DNA from: the human T2T-CHM13v2.0 reference genome, Homo sapiens
Assembly: GCF_009914755.1 (NCBI RefSeq)
Contig: NC_060939.1
Direction: 5' to 3' (one strand)
DNA length: 64,000 nucleotides
The notes beneath the pieces are model-generated. The model saw nothing but the letters and a program-made list of their open reading frames with translations, was not told the DNA's origin and made no database searches. The position numbers and the translations under genes were made by a program. Positions 35,350-51,058 of this stretch are shown in pieces (the first letter of the stretch is position 1; each line of letters starts with the position of its first letter).

Positions 35350-36769
35350 CTGAAATTCAAAGAATAATCAAATGTAAAATGAATTCACATAAAACTAGAT
35401 TTTAGTAATAGTACAAAATCAGCCAAGTTAAAATTGGTGGATAATTTAATGATATTATTTAGGGATACCTAACACTAACAAATAAATAGGCTATTCCAAT
35501 CAGAACCAGAGTCCATGTAGAGAGATATGTGGCACAAGTTTGGTACATTTTAGAAAACAGGTATATCTATCAATGAGTACATAAATAACAAACTGGATTA
35601 GTTTCACTATTCAAAACTAGTTTATATAATCCAATTCTTCCTCATATCAAAGAGCTGTCAATAAGAAGGCTGACCTGATGACGTATTTTACGTCACTCAG
35701 TTCACAGGTACTCTTAGCTAAGATATACTATTCAAAACAGTACCAGAAAGTATAATCTGTAGACGTAACTTTCAAGTGCTTGAATACACAGTAATAAACC
35801 AAACAAACAAACAATACTCCCCTTTAAGTATATCAGACATTAGAAGAACAGTTACTAGGTCAGTTTCAAATTATTCATTCTTTTAATGTGTTAAAAGTGA
35901 GTTCATATCAACCACTGCACTCCAGCTGGGTGACAGAGTAAATCCCTGTCTCAAAAAAAAAAAAAAGTTCATAGTTGTCACACATATACCGATGGCAAAG
36001 CCAATTTTAAAATGGTATTTGTGTGACAAGTAATTAAAACAAGTTAACCCTCACATTTTTAAAATATGACTTTAATTTTAACATATTTGACAGTTTGGCT
36101 AAAATTAAAATTAAGAATGTGCTAGCTTAAAAACAGAAGAGTCATAAAGGGAAGGGAGAAGCTTAATTTGTTCTACCAAGCAAATAATGCAAACATCACT
36201 GAAGTAATCAAACCAACATAGAACCAACATTTTCCCAAATATAAGACTATAAAGAATAAAGTAATATGCATTATAATCTCAATAACTGAAAAAATTAAAG
36301 AATCATTTTATTTTTTAGAGACAAGTCTTGCTATTGATGCTCAGGCGGTCTCGAACTCCTGGCCTCAAGCTGATTCTCCCACCTTATCCTCCCAAGTAGC
36401 TGGGATTACAGATGCAAACCACTACGCTTGGCTTAAGAAATGTTTTGATTGTTTTTTTTTTTTTTTTAAACAGGTTCCTTACTCTGTCGTCCAGGCTAGA
36501 GTGCAGCAGCATAATCATAGCTCACTGCAGCCTCAACCCCTGGGCTCAAGTGATCCTCCTGCCACAGCCTCCTGAGTAGCTGGGACTACAGATGTGTGCC
36601 ACCATGTCCAGCGAATTTTTTTTTTTTAATTCTAAGTGGAGACGAGGTCTTGCTATGTTGCCCGGGCTGGTCTGGAACTCCCAGACTCAAGCGTTCCTCC
36701 TGCCTCAGCCTCCCAAAGTTCTAGGATTTACAGGTGTGAGCCACTGTGCCCTACCAAATGTTTTAATAA

Positions 36770-37199
<430 letters not shown>

Positions 37200-37245
37200 T
37201 GATCCACCCGCCTCAGCCTCCCAAAGTGCTTGGATTACAAGCTGA

Positions 37246-37413
<168 letters not shown>

Positions 37414-37495
37414 TAGAAAACTAAGCAGAAGTACGCTGTTTAAAGTCAGGTGATGTGAAGCTTGTTGTAAAATTACCACATACAAAGCCTTAGAG

Positions 37496-37860
37496 CAGTG
37501 GTTCTCAAACTTGAGCATGCATCAGAATCCCCTGGAGGGCTTGTTAAAACAAAACACAGATTTTGATTCAGAAGGTCTGGAATGAGGCTTAAGAATGTGC
37601 ATCTGACGGGGAGGGGGGAGGGATAGCATTAGGAGATATACCTGACGCTAAATGATGAGTTAACGGGTGCAGCACACCAACATGGCACATGTATACATAT
37701 GTAACAAACCTGCACGTTGTGCACATGTACCCTAAAACTTAAAGTATAATAATAATAATAATAAAAAGATTAAAATGGAAAAAAAAAAAGAATGTGCATC
37801 TCTAACAAGGTTCCAGGTGAAATTAATGCTGCTGGTACAGCGCAAACACTGAGCATTGCT
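37496..37860. mobile_element. MER5A-like hAT element split by the L1PA insertion
   Basis: cagtggttctcaaactt...catcagaatcccctggagggcttgttaaaac...ctaacaag.ttccaggtga...gctgctggt. Confidence 0.8.
37605..37787 (+). mobile_element. 5'-truncated L1PA 3' end (~L1PA4-like) with 14-bp TSD
   Basis: gggatagcattaggagatatacct...gtaccctaaaacttaaagtataat plus tail; TSD aagaatgtgcatct at 37591-37604 and 37788-37801. Confidence 0.93.
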
Positions 37861-38039
37861 GCCTTTACAGAGTGACAACCTTAGTGAAAAAAGACGAAAA
37901 AAATGGAAATGTACGTAGAACTGTAAACAGCTTATTTATAATACAATTTTAGATTCATATAAAAGCATGCACTTCTTAAAATGTCAAATATTTTACAATG
38001 TGCTCAAAAGTACATTTGGATAATAATTTCTTTTTTTAA

Positions 38040-38168
<129 letters not shown>

Positions 38169-41100
38169 TGATCCTCCGGCCTCGGCCTCCCGAGTAGCTG
38201 GAACCACAGGTGTATGCCACCACACCTGGCTAATTTTTTTGATATTTTTTTTTGGCAAAGACAGGGTTTCACCATGTTGCCCAGGCTGGTCTCGAACTCC
38301 TGAGCCCAGGTGCTCTACCTGCCTCGGCCTCCCAAAGTGCTGGGATTACAGGCATGAGCTGCCACGCCCGGCCAACAATAATTTCTATGAAGTCATTTTA
38401 TTAATAAATGATATTTGGACTAAGTTAAAGTGTGCCAATTAGGGAATGACTAACTATTTTACAACTAAAGTAACATGAAGGAAACTAAAAATACTAAAAA
38501 GCTCGGCCATAAGCTAAGAAGTAAAATAGTCCAGAACAAGTAAATGATCAATTGATAACAATGTAAATTCGATCACTATCTAAGACCATTATACTGTGCT
38601 CTAAGAATTTTTTTTTTTTTTTTTTGAGGCAGAGTCTCACTCCGTCAGCCCAGGCTGGAGTGCAGTGGCACGATCTCAGCTCTCTGCAAACCTCTGCCTC
38701 CCGGGTTCCAGGGATTCTCATGCCTCAGCCTTCCCAGTATGCACCACCACACCCGGCCAATTTTTTTTTGTCTGTTTTGTTTCGTTTTTCTGAGACTGAG
38801 TGTCGCTCTGCTTCCCAGGCTGGAGTGCAGTGGTGCGATCTCGGCTAACTGAACCCTCCGACTCCCTGGTTCAAGCAATTCTCCTGCCTCAGCCTCCCAA
38901 GTAGCTGGGATTACAGGTGCGTACCACTACGCCCAGCTAATTTTTGTATTTTTAGTAGAGATGGGGTTTCACCTTGTTGGCCAAGATGGTCTCTAACTCC
39001 CAACCTCATGATCCGCCTGCCTCGGCCTCCCAAAGTCCTGGGATTACAGGCGTGAGCCACCATGCCCGGCCAATTTTTGTATTTTTAGTAGAGATGGTGT
39101 TTCACCATGTTGGCCAGGCTGGTCTTGAACTCCTGGCCTCAAGTGATCCTTTTGCCTCGGCTTCCCAAAGTGCTGAGATTACAGGCAGGAGCCATTGCAC
39201 CCAGCCTGTAAGAATGTCTTAATAAATTGTTTTACTAGAATATTACTTTTAAGCATTATGTGTCCAATTTGCAATATTTGGAAAGGAAAGAAAAACGCTT
39301 TAACTTGGGTGGAATGGTAGACAGAGACAGCAAGGAAAGAATGAGTTATGCTTGAATTATGGATAAATCTTTTTCTTTCACATTCTCTTTTAGTTTAGTA
39401 ATTTTTGTTGAAGGAATAAATAAACTGAGACACCTGAGCTTGTATTTAAAGCAGACTAAATTAACTTAAAGAATGCAACATGTGGCCAGGCGTGGTGGCT
39501 CATGCCTGTAATCTCAGCACTTTAGGAGGCTGAGGCAGGAGGTTTGCTTGAGGCCACGAGTTTGAGACCAGCCTGGGCAACCTAGTAAAACCCTATCTCT
39601 ATTTTAGAAAAATATATTTTAAAAAAATAAATAATTTTTTAAAAAAGAATGCAGTTTGACTCCCCTTATCTACCTCAGATGCGAAGAGCACACCACTTCC
39701 AAGTTATTGTTTTAGAGATGCAAAACTGATAGCTTCAAGAAAAAAACATAACATGTCCAAATTATTGGCTATTTTAAAAAGTAAAATAGTAAAAATACTA
39801 TGATGTAAAAAAAAAAACTGTATTCTATTGTAGTTCCTGTCAATTATAATGTTATTTCTAGTTGCTAAAGTAACTAGTAAGGTTTGTCTTACTTGCTGGA
39901 GAATTTTTAGATATTTATCTTAATAATTCAGCATGTCTTCTGAAGGGTTTCATAATTTAAAGGCAAACTTTATGACATACATTTATATGCCGGTAGGAAA
40001 TGGTCTGACCCAGCTTCTAGAAAACAAAACTGATTACAATGTGGTTGGAGCACAAAAACAACTTGGGTAAAGTAGAAAAGATGAACCACACGTAAATGCC
40101 TATTGATTTTACTGTGCAGTATGTGCAGCAAGCATAGCACTAACCATAAGTCCTAAATAAGAATCCAAAATACTTGCAATAAGGAAACAAACCAAGAAAT
40201 ACAATGGGAAACTTTCCCTGTCTAAATGGTATATATGCACAGACATGATATGCAACTATTTGAAAACAATTTCTCCCACTGAAAACAGATTTTTTTTCCA
40301 AATGAGGAATATAGCAAGTAAATGTAAAACATTTATTTGTCAAATGTAAAGCATCTTTTTAAATTAACCACTCAAGTTTGTCTTGAAAAAAAAATTTCAC
40401 ATATGAAGATGAAGCAAATGTCTACAAGGTAAGTACTCATGTTGTTTATCTTCACAGTGGGATGTGCAATCCTTAGTCAAATGCTAAAATACATAAAGCT
40501 CCTTTATTTACTTTCATTTCATCCTAGAAGCAGCAATGACTACTAAGAGACAAAGACAAGCCTAGGACTTATTTTTCAGTGAACCAAGTATTTACTACAT
40601 ATCCAATTCTACTACTCCCCATAGGTTATCTTATGATATCTGTACATGTATAGGCTAAGCAAGAAGACCTCCTTTCCCCTGGCTTGAAATGTAAACACTG
40701 TATTCAGACTGACATTTAAAACAAACTTTCAAAATAACTTTTAAACCACTACTTACCTATCGGGGAATATGCTAAACATCATGGGAAATACAAAATGCTT
40801 GGCACATAAGTACTCAAAAAATACTTGTTGAATGAATTTACTAAATAAATGTAGTGTAAGACTGCTGTTTTTAGCTGGAAAGACTGAACTAACTGCTTGA
40901 TTTTCATGTATCTGAAGCACTTAACTTTGGCACTATGTTAAGTACGATAGAACTCAGAAAACATTTCCTAGTGTGGAGTTATTTAGTGAAAAGAATATCA
41001 GACTAGGCATCATCACACCTAGGTATTTACCCTGTCGTTATCACTGAAATAGTTTTACTCTGTGATATGTCATCTATCTAGATGAATTTACCTATAAAAT

Positions 41101-41402
41101 GGAGTTCACATGTGAACCATATAAGATATATCAAGGATTGAGTAAGGTAATGGATATAAAAAGCTCTCTGTGAATAGTAAAGCACTACATAAAAGAGAGA
41201 GATGAAAGAAAGCTTTGTGGAGGAGATAAGAGGTGAATCTGGCTGTGAGAGGTATACAGATTTTTATATAACAAAAAGTAAGATTTTTCATGTTAGTGAA
41301 ACATTAGGTGCAAAGGCAAATAGAAAAAGGAATATACATGATGTTATAGACTGAAGAGGTTCTTGAAACTAGAGGAAATTTTTAAGAATAAAAGCATATT
41401 AA

Positions 41403-42062
41403 AGCCAGGCATGATGGCTCACACCTGTAATCCAAATACTTTGGGAGGCCGAGATGGGTGGACTGCTTGGGCTCAGGAGTTTGAGACCAGACTGGGCAAC
41501 AAGGCGAACCCCCATCTCTACAAAAAATACAAAAGTCAGACGGGTGTGGTGGCGCACGCCTGTAGTCCCAGCTACCAGGAGACTGAGGTGCGGTGATCAC
41601 TTGAGCCCAGGAGGTCAAGGCTGCAGTCAGGGGAGATCGCGTCGCCACACTCCAGCCTGGACGACAGAGCAAGACCAGGTCTCAACAACAACAACAACAA
41701 CAAAATTAAAGTATTAGCAAACAAGATTTTAGAGAAAAAGCTCCAGAAACTTCTCAAGTAAGCAGTATATTCAAGCTAGTAAAACAACACTACAAATGAC
41801 GACTAATTGCACATATACTACATCAGAATCTATGATTAATCCCTATATCAACTGAGTAAGAATTATAATCATTTTGTAGACATAGAAATTGACTAATAGA
41901 GAACCTGCCACAATCACAGTATTGTAATTAACTAATAGAAGTAGAATCTGAACTAAAGTCTACCTAGTATAACTTCCTAGAGGCTAATGCCTAAAGATTT
42001 TAACTTCTAGTCAAAGCCTGAGGACTGGCTCCTGAAATAGATATATCCCTATATAAACATGC

Positions 42063-42107
<45 letters not shown>

Positions 42108-42740
42108 ATATACATAATTTCTTTTTCTTTCTTTTTTTTTTTTTAAGACAGAGTCTTGCTCTGTTGCCCATGATTGAGTGCAGTGGCACAATCACGGCTC
42201 ACTGCAGCCTCAACCTCCTGGACTCAAGCAATCCTCCCACCTCGGTCTACCTCCTGAGTAGCTAGGACCACAGGTGTGCACCACCACACCCAGCTAACTT
42301 TTGTATTTTTTGTAGAGATGGGGGTTTGCCTTGTTGCCCAGACTGGTCTTGAACTCTTGAGCTCAAGTGATCAGCCCGCCTCAGCCTCCCAAAGTACTGG
42401 GATTACAGGCATGAGCCACTGCATCCAGCCAGATTAAATTTTCTACTGTTTTTTGAGATAGGGTCTTGCTCTATTGCCCAGGTTGGAGTACAGTGGTGTG
42501 ATCTTGGCTCACTGCAGCCTTGACCTCCTGGGGTCAAGTGATCTTCCAGCCTCAGCCTCCTGAGTAGCTGGGACTACAGGCACAGACCACCATACCCAGC
42601 TATTTAAAATTTTTTTTTTATAGAGACAGGGTCTTACTATGTTGCCCAGGCTGGTCTCGAACTCCTGGCCTTAAGCAATCCTTTCATCTCAACCTTCCAA
42701 AGTGCTGTGATTACAGGCAGGAGCCACCACACCCAGCCCA
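41403..42740. mobile_element. Alus: + 41403-41705; - 42120-42430, 42450-42740
   Basis: Alu consensus matches. Confidence 0.85.
42066..42105. repeat. (GT)n microsatellite
   Basis: ~20 GT units. Confidence 0.95.
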
Positions 42741-42744
42741 GACT

Positions 42745-44330
42745 AAACTTTCAAAAGCAATACCTAAATACTGAAAATAAATGAAACAAATCAACCTAGA
42801 TATGTATCAGTGGGTGATACAACCACACAGAACGGAAAGAACTTAAAACACAGTGTTCATCCCCAGAGGGAAACACCCTTGCAAAAAATATGTCTTAAAA
42901 AAATCTTAAATTACTTTCAGTAACTACATTGGTGGTAGTGTTGGTATTATCATTCTAAAGTTGTTGTATGTGTACCGTGAGATAAATGGTTATCTTGGAA
43001 CTAACGTATGAATTGAAGGTCTATTTTATCTTAAAAGTAAAAATAAGCAAAAACAAAGAAAACAACTCCAACATTTTCTCTAGCATTGTACATTGAAAAG
43101 ACCTAGAAACAATGAACAATTCAGTAGTAGCGAACACCTCCACCACCTAGATTGTTGTCTTGAAATACCATTTACCACTATAAAGAAGAAATGCCTAATT
43201 ATAGGTCTAGAGCAGGAAATGGCACATCTTTACATACCAGCAAGCAAGGAATCAATCAAAGTCTACTAGGATCATGTTGAGAAGACTCAAGAGCCAACTT
43301 GATGAGGCTCTCACTGTATGGAACAATTTAAGCATTAAGGATAATAACTGCGATGGACCAAAATACATTACATATATTCAAATCCATGAGTTCAAAATGA
43401 ATCTAAAGGGGAAAAAAGGAAAAATTAAGAACTAACTGGCCACTGTCAGAGATGCCAGTGAAGCAGCTCAATATTCTGAAAATTGGTAAATAAAAAGGAA
43501 AGAATCAAACATATATCCTGGCTTTCCTGTGTAAATGATACCACTGGGTAACCAAATAGTAAATAAGGGAAAGTTTCTCTTTCTAGAAACAGTCCAACCA
43601 ATAAAGAAGAATGATAGAATTAGAATAGCATCCCTCTGCAACCCCTAATTGGGTATGAATCATCAATGACTGGTACCATCACAAAAAGACAACCAGATAT
43701 TATGTGCATCCAAATAGAAGAATACAGTACTACACCTATGAGGTGGCTGTGTGTGTGCTGGAGTGGGGTGTTAACGCTGAATCTGAGAGCAAGCCTCTAG
43801 ATGCTACAACCACCTTAACAATTTACAAAAAATACAATAAACAAAGGAATATGTTGAACACCACCACAGGAATGTAATCAGCAAAATCCAGGCCTTGGAA
43901 GCTCTATAGCAGCAACTGGCAAACTACATGAGATGCCTGTTTTTGCCAACCCTTGCTCTATGGGATAAGCAAGTTGCTTTTTTCAACAAATAAAATAGTA
44001 AGAGGAAAACAGATGGAAGGGAAAACCTCCTAAAACATTTCAATCAATCACAACATACAGATCTTACTGGTATCTGGATTTAAACAGGATATAATAGAGA
44101 AAAATCTACAGAAAATTGAACATTTGAATCCTAACTGTATGTTTCATAATATTAAAATTTTTATTTTAGGAGTGCTAATATAAAAAATAAGAGTTCTCTT
44201 TTAGAGATACATATTGAAAATTTTCAAGGGAAATATGTTTGGATTTGTTTCAAAATAATGCAGAAGGGAGAAAGTAAACAGAGGCATAGGGGAAAATAAG
44301 ACTGGCCATTATTTGAAAACAGCTGAAGCG
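42745..44330 (+). mobile_element. Old L1M (L1MC/ME-like) 3' fragment
   Basis: A-rich degenerate L1 3'UTR motifs (ttttagagatacatattgaa, ggatttgtttcaaaataat, gactggccat). Confidence 0.55.
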
Positions 44331-44809
44331 AGGTGATTGTTACACTATGCAGTATCCCTGAATGCACATAGTAATATACTCAGTAAGCATGTTTAGAAGC
44401 ATTAGATCATAATGGAACCTAGATACATTTATGTTTCTAGATGTTCCACTAGACATTATTTAGAAAGATGAAAAAGGTCATTTTAAAGAAAACTTCTCTA
44501 AAAATGTAACCTCATCTTTTGATACAATATGGCAAAATCTTGCTCCCTGATAAGAAATACATAACTGTTCTTCCTTCAGATATATTTCCATCTGTTTAAA
44601 AATTGTTCGTAATGAAGTTTATTATTTAAGTGGGGATCCTTAGCTATGATGCCTTCATGCAACTCACAAAGTGCAAAACTATAGGAGTAGTCCTTGACAG
44701 AAGCTAATATCTAGCTGCCAAATAATATAAAGACCTCGACTTCCCCTTTTTGCAAATCAGTAATCTAGAAAAGGTACTCTCTCAATTTGAGAGTTAATTT
44801 TTCTCATAG

Positions 44810-45114
<305 letters not shown>

Positions 45115-45518
45115 CTCATAGATTCTTTATCACTAGGAAATCAATGTACTTAGGGACAGGCCTACAGACTTTCACCATTCTAATATTTCCTTCCCGAATA
45201 TTCCAAATGATCAGCAACATTTCTCCCAGAAATGCAATTTTTCTCCAAAATACAACTTCTCCTCCACTGTGACAGAGAGGCAATATATAGCCTCAGAAGC
45301 ATTTGTGGCTCACTAGCATTTCAAAGGCAAGAGTGTTGCAGAAAAGAAAGCATGCTGAGACAATCAACTAAGTAGTCCACAAACACAAGCCCAAGTACTC
45401 TTCTAGGAAATACTACCCAGAGGAAATAACTGACCTCCTCATTATTTTTTCTGAATCTAGTAAACAAAGGAACCCATATCTCTATTTGAAAGTACACCAT
45501 TTAAAGAGGACATAATCC

Positions 45519-45635
45519 TGTCCTACTTGGGTAACTGTGCTAATTCTAGAGCTAACACATACCAATGGGCGCTGACTCCCTTCACGGGGGATGCATGCAT
45601 TTATCAGATGAAAACCAACTCAGATCAAAACCACC
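45519..45635 (+). pseudogene. Diverged fragment of the 5' domain of 18S (SSU) rRNA
   Basis: tcctacttgggtaactgtgctaattctagagctaacacatacc...gggcgctgac...gcatttatcagat.aaaaccaac closely follows 18S CCTACTTGGATAACTGTGGTAATTCTAGAGCTAATACATGCC...GCATTTATCAGATCAAAACCAACC. Confidence 0.9.
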
Positions 45636-46170
45636 AAACCCTCTCTGGTTTTTATAAGATTAAAAATAAAAATAAAAAATTAAGGACACAAAAACAAAGG
45701 GTTCTTTAGTCACAGATATGAGAAAAAGACAATGGATAATTTTTATGTAGAAACTGATCTATAGATGTCTGCTTACAGCATCTGTAAGTCACTTTAAAAT
45801 GTACACTATGTGTATCACATATAGCAGCAACACGTTGTTACACAGTGAAGTGCAGTCATTTTCAATACACACACACCCCAAGTAAATTTCTAGAAATTTT
45901 TAATCATTTTTAGACTATGCCTGTTGTAGGAGTGTTACATTAACAAAATTTCAAATAAAGCTTTGAAAAGGATATTAGTACTTTTAAATGACTTATTTTA
46001 TATCAAGTGACAAGAAAAAAATCAAGAAGAATGTAGACTTCTCAAAAGACTAGTAACCAGAGTTAGGTTTTACAGAAAGGATGGACTTTTTTCTAAAACT
46101 CTGAAAATGACAGGAAACTCATAGTAACTCCAATTATTTTTCTGGCAACAAAAATTTCAGCTGCCAATAG

Positions 46171-46472
46171 TTTTTTTTTTTTTTTTTGAGACAGAGTCTC
46201 ACTCTGTCGCCCAGGCTGGAGTGCAGTGGTGCAATCTCGGCTCACTGCAAGCTCCACCTCCTGCGTTCATGCCATTCTCCTGCCTCAGCCTCCTGAGTAG
46301 CTGTGATTACAGGTGCCCGCCACCACGCCTAGCTAATTTTTTGTATTTTCAGTAGAGACGGGGTTTCGCCATCTTAGCCAGGATGGTCTCGATCTCCTGA
46401 CCTCGTGAACCGCCCGCCTCGGCCTCCCAAAGTGCTGGGATTACAGGCGTGAGCTACCTAGCGCGCCCGACC
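46171..46472 (-). mobile_element. AluY with TSD tgccaatagtttt
   Basis: Y-diagnostic ctgcaagctcc and gccattctcc; tgccaatagtttt on both sides. Confidence 0.92.
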
Positions 46473-46632
46473 TTGCCAATAGTTTTAAGTACTTTGTGTA
46501 CATCACGTAAATAACTCAGTATTAAATTTAAGACAGTTATATGAATTAAAGAATTATGAAGTCAAAATAAGATTCCTTTTCCAAGCCCGTCCACCCACAA
46601 TATCGAATTCATAGGACTAAATGTAAACTTAC

Positions 46633-46680
46633 TTGGGCTGTTAGAAAGGTATCATCTTCACCTTCTTGAGCTTCAATTTC
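46633..46680 (-). CDS. SLTM: SLTM exon 5 (48 nt; EIEAQEGEDDTFLTAQ)
   Basis: cttttacttag| acceptor, CAA|gtaagt donor; phase 0-0. Confidence 0.92.
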
Positions 46681-47568
46681 CTAAGTAAAAGGGTATACAA
46701 TAGCTTTGCTTTATAAAATATCGGGGTAACGTGAGAATGCTTTTATGCTTACACCTGATTATCATTTGCCTTGTGTTCTGTATAATATCTGCGATACCAT
46801 GGGTACTAAATCAATGCTTAATATTCAGACTATATTTTTTATGCCAAAAAAAATTAGCCATGTCGCTAGAGAATTAGAAATATTTCTCTTGAGCCCCTCA
46901 TTTATTAGGGTAGGTAGAAGGGAAGTGTTTTAAGCATGAATACTAACAGCACTGACTCCTTAACCCACTGACTTTCTTAAAATGTACTAACATACTTCAA
47001 GGCAGGACAAATGGTCTATTTCAAAGAAAATATTTGAAATATTATCTGCTTTAAAATTAAACTTTCATAAGTAATTCCCCACCCTTGATATAACCAAAGA
47101 AATGTAAATTAAAGTAACCTTTTATACTTGCTAAGGTAGCAGAAAGGGGAAAAAACCCTACCACCAAGTAATGTTGGCAATGCCAGAATGAAATTGGTAC
47201 ATTCATTCATCGTGGAGTAGGAAAAAAGCCTTAAAACTTAAAATGTCCAAAATTAAAGGAGTGTCTATTAGATATGTAGAAAGCAGTCTAATAAATTATG
47301 GGGAAATTATGAAATTATACGTCATGTGAAAATACAGAATAAATAGGAACTTACTCTATAACAACTATGTATAAATATATATTATATGAAATAAGCAAAA
47401 ATTTAAAAGGTTGCCTAAGGTGGTAGGATTTTAGATGACTTATAAGTAGCTTTAGTAACACATCTTTTAAAAATTCTGAGACTTCCAAATTGAACTAGAA
47501 AAAAATACTTTTTATTATTTAAAACTTAATTTATCTGTGTCATGTTTTAAAAAAAACTGGCTAAAGAC

Positions 47569-47766
47569 CTGACTTTCGATGTCCTCTTTTTCTATATCTT
47601 CTATTCCTTCTGCCTCTATTAATTCATGAGCTCTCTTGTTTTCTTCTGCAGAGAGTAACTCCTTGGAATGCACATTTTCTTCTTCATTTTCACCAAATTC
47701 TTCAGAGTCCTTTAGTTCATCATTTCCATCTTGCTCATGTGCCTCTTGATTCTCCAATTCACAGTC
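47569..47766 (-). CDS. SLTM: SLTM exon 4 (198 nt; DCELENQEAHEQ...EDIESQ), acidic region
   Basis: ORF track 47515..47757; aag| acceptor and CAG|gtcttt donor; in frame with neighbours. Confidence 0.93.
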
Positions 47767-48983
47767 CTTTTAATGGTAAGAAAATTTGGTACAACTAGAG
47801 GCAAAGTAGTGTGGGCTATCCACCAAACGTTTTTGGTAATTTACACCTTTAAATGTGTCAAATTTGATCATATTTTAATATTCCCAAAGTTCATTCATTT
47901 TACCTTATATATTTACTGTGTCTTTAAAAATAGGTCTAATACCAAGATCATCAAACACGAATCTGAGTTCTCAAATTTCTCACACTAAAATGCACACTAA
48001 TCAAATTGCTGCTAGAGATGCTCTAAATTCCAGTTATTTAATATTTACCAAGCCAGCTTCTAGAAGCTGTCCAAAAAATACGGCTTCATTTTTCCATGTG
48101 CCATATGTTGATTTAACTTCAAAGACTTCGGAAGTCTTATACATTAAAACAAAGTTTATTTCTAATAATAAAGAACTCCCAACTGCTGCATCAATGTCTG
48201 TTCTTGAAAAATATGCAAATAACTAATTGAAATGTATTTGTTTTGAAATCTACCACTGTGCCAAATGTCAATTAGGAAGAGGAACATAGGTTGGGATTGG
48301 ATCTGTTTGTCCTTCAAAGTTTATGAATATATGGTACTTCAGTGAAAACAAAATCAGCAATCTGCTTAATTTCCTGATTAAATGAAGAGAAAAGGGGTGA
48401 AAGCAATAAACATTACTTCCTTTTTTCCTGTTCTTACGGTAAATCCAGCAGATTTAAGAAAAGGTTTCTGGGTTAAAAGGTGAAAGAGGCAGAGGCATGA
48501 CTACTAATCATTCACAGCCAAACTGCAGTGAGGAAATGGAAATTTCTATCGAGAGGTGGGCATAGAGAATATGACTGTTTTGGAAGGTGGAGTCCTTGGG
48601 GAGCAGGGGATCTCTTGTTTGACCAAATGTACTACAGCATGAGTAGGGGAGCGTGAGGGGATGAAAATGGAGTACATGGCTGTATTATGGCAGAAGAATA
48701 GGTGCAAGAAAGATCAAGGGAAGTTACCAAGGAAACTTCACCTATTCTAAGGTGCCAACTTTGACCAATCTCCTCACTTATTTACAGAAGCAATTTCTAT
48801 ACTATTCTGGTATTTAGGCAATAGGTGATATTTACCAACCATTACTGTATAAATTCCAAAATTATCAACTGTGGGAGATGAGAAAATATATTCACTTAAT
48901 TTCTATCAAATACATCACATATGTTGATACTTCCAAAAATAAACTGAAGATATCTTTAAACAGAATTTTTAAAAAGCTCCTAG

Positions 48984-50533
<1,550 letters not shown>

Positions 50534-50993
50534 TTAATTTGATCTTTACCAAGTAGTAACACATCAGCAATTTTCTCTGTGTATTTTAAGGTCTACATTA
50601 ATCTAAGTTCTGTATATTATATACAAAAGCTAAATGCAATGGCAGATAAAAAACAAATTACCAATATCCTTCCCTGTGATATCTCATCCAGGAACTAACA
50701 TGTATATCAATTGTCTCGTAGCTATTCCCCTGGCCAGCTTTCTACCTAAAGGCCTGGAGAGATTATTAATTTTAGCTTTTGTATCTCATTTAACTAAAGA
50801 AAAAGTTATTTACTATATTTCTCAATTATGAGAGTTAATGAGATTGACAATATTAAACGTTGTCAATATTACATAGGTCTTTATCTTTAACCTACATACT
50901 TCAGTGACCATTGTTCAACAAAAAGCACAAAATTCATGATGCAAAATACTAGGCTTAAAATAAGCATCTTAACCTGAGTAATTAACACTTTAC

Positions 50994-51058
50994 CTTGATA
51001 AAAGCATCATCTTCCACAGAAGCATCTCCACTCAACTCATCTGCTTCATGTTTTTTAC
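50994..51058 (-). CDS. SLTM: SLTM coding exon 3 (65 nt; GKKHEADELSGDASVEDDAFIK)
   Basis: ttctttcgcag| acceptor, AAG|gtaaag donor; translation matches SLTM as I recall it, just after the SAP domain. Confidence 0.93.

Noticed and set aside
45519-45635. Functional rRNA gene
   Set aside because: Only ~100 nt, diverged, and without rDNA context.
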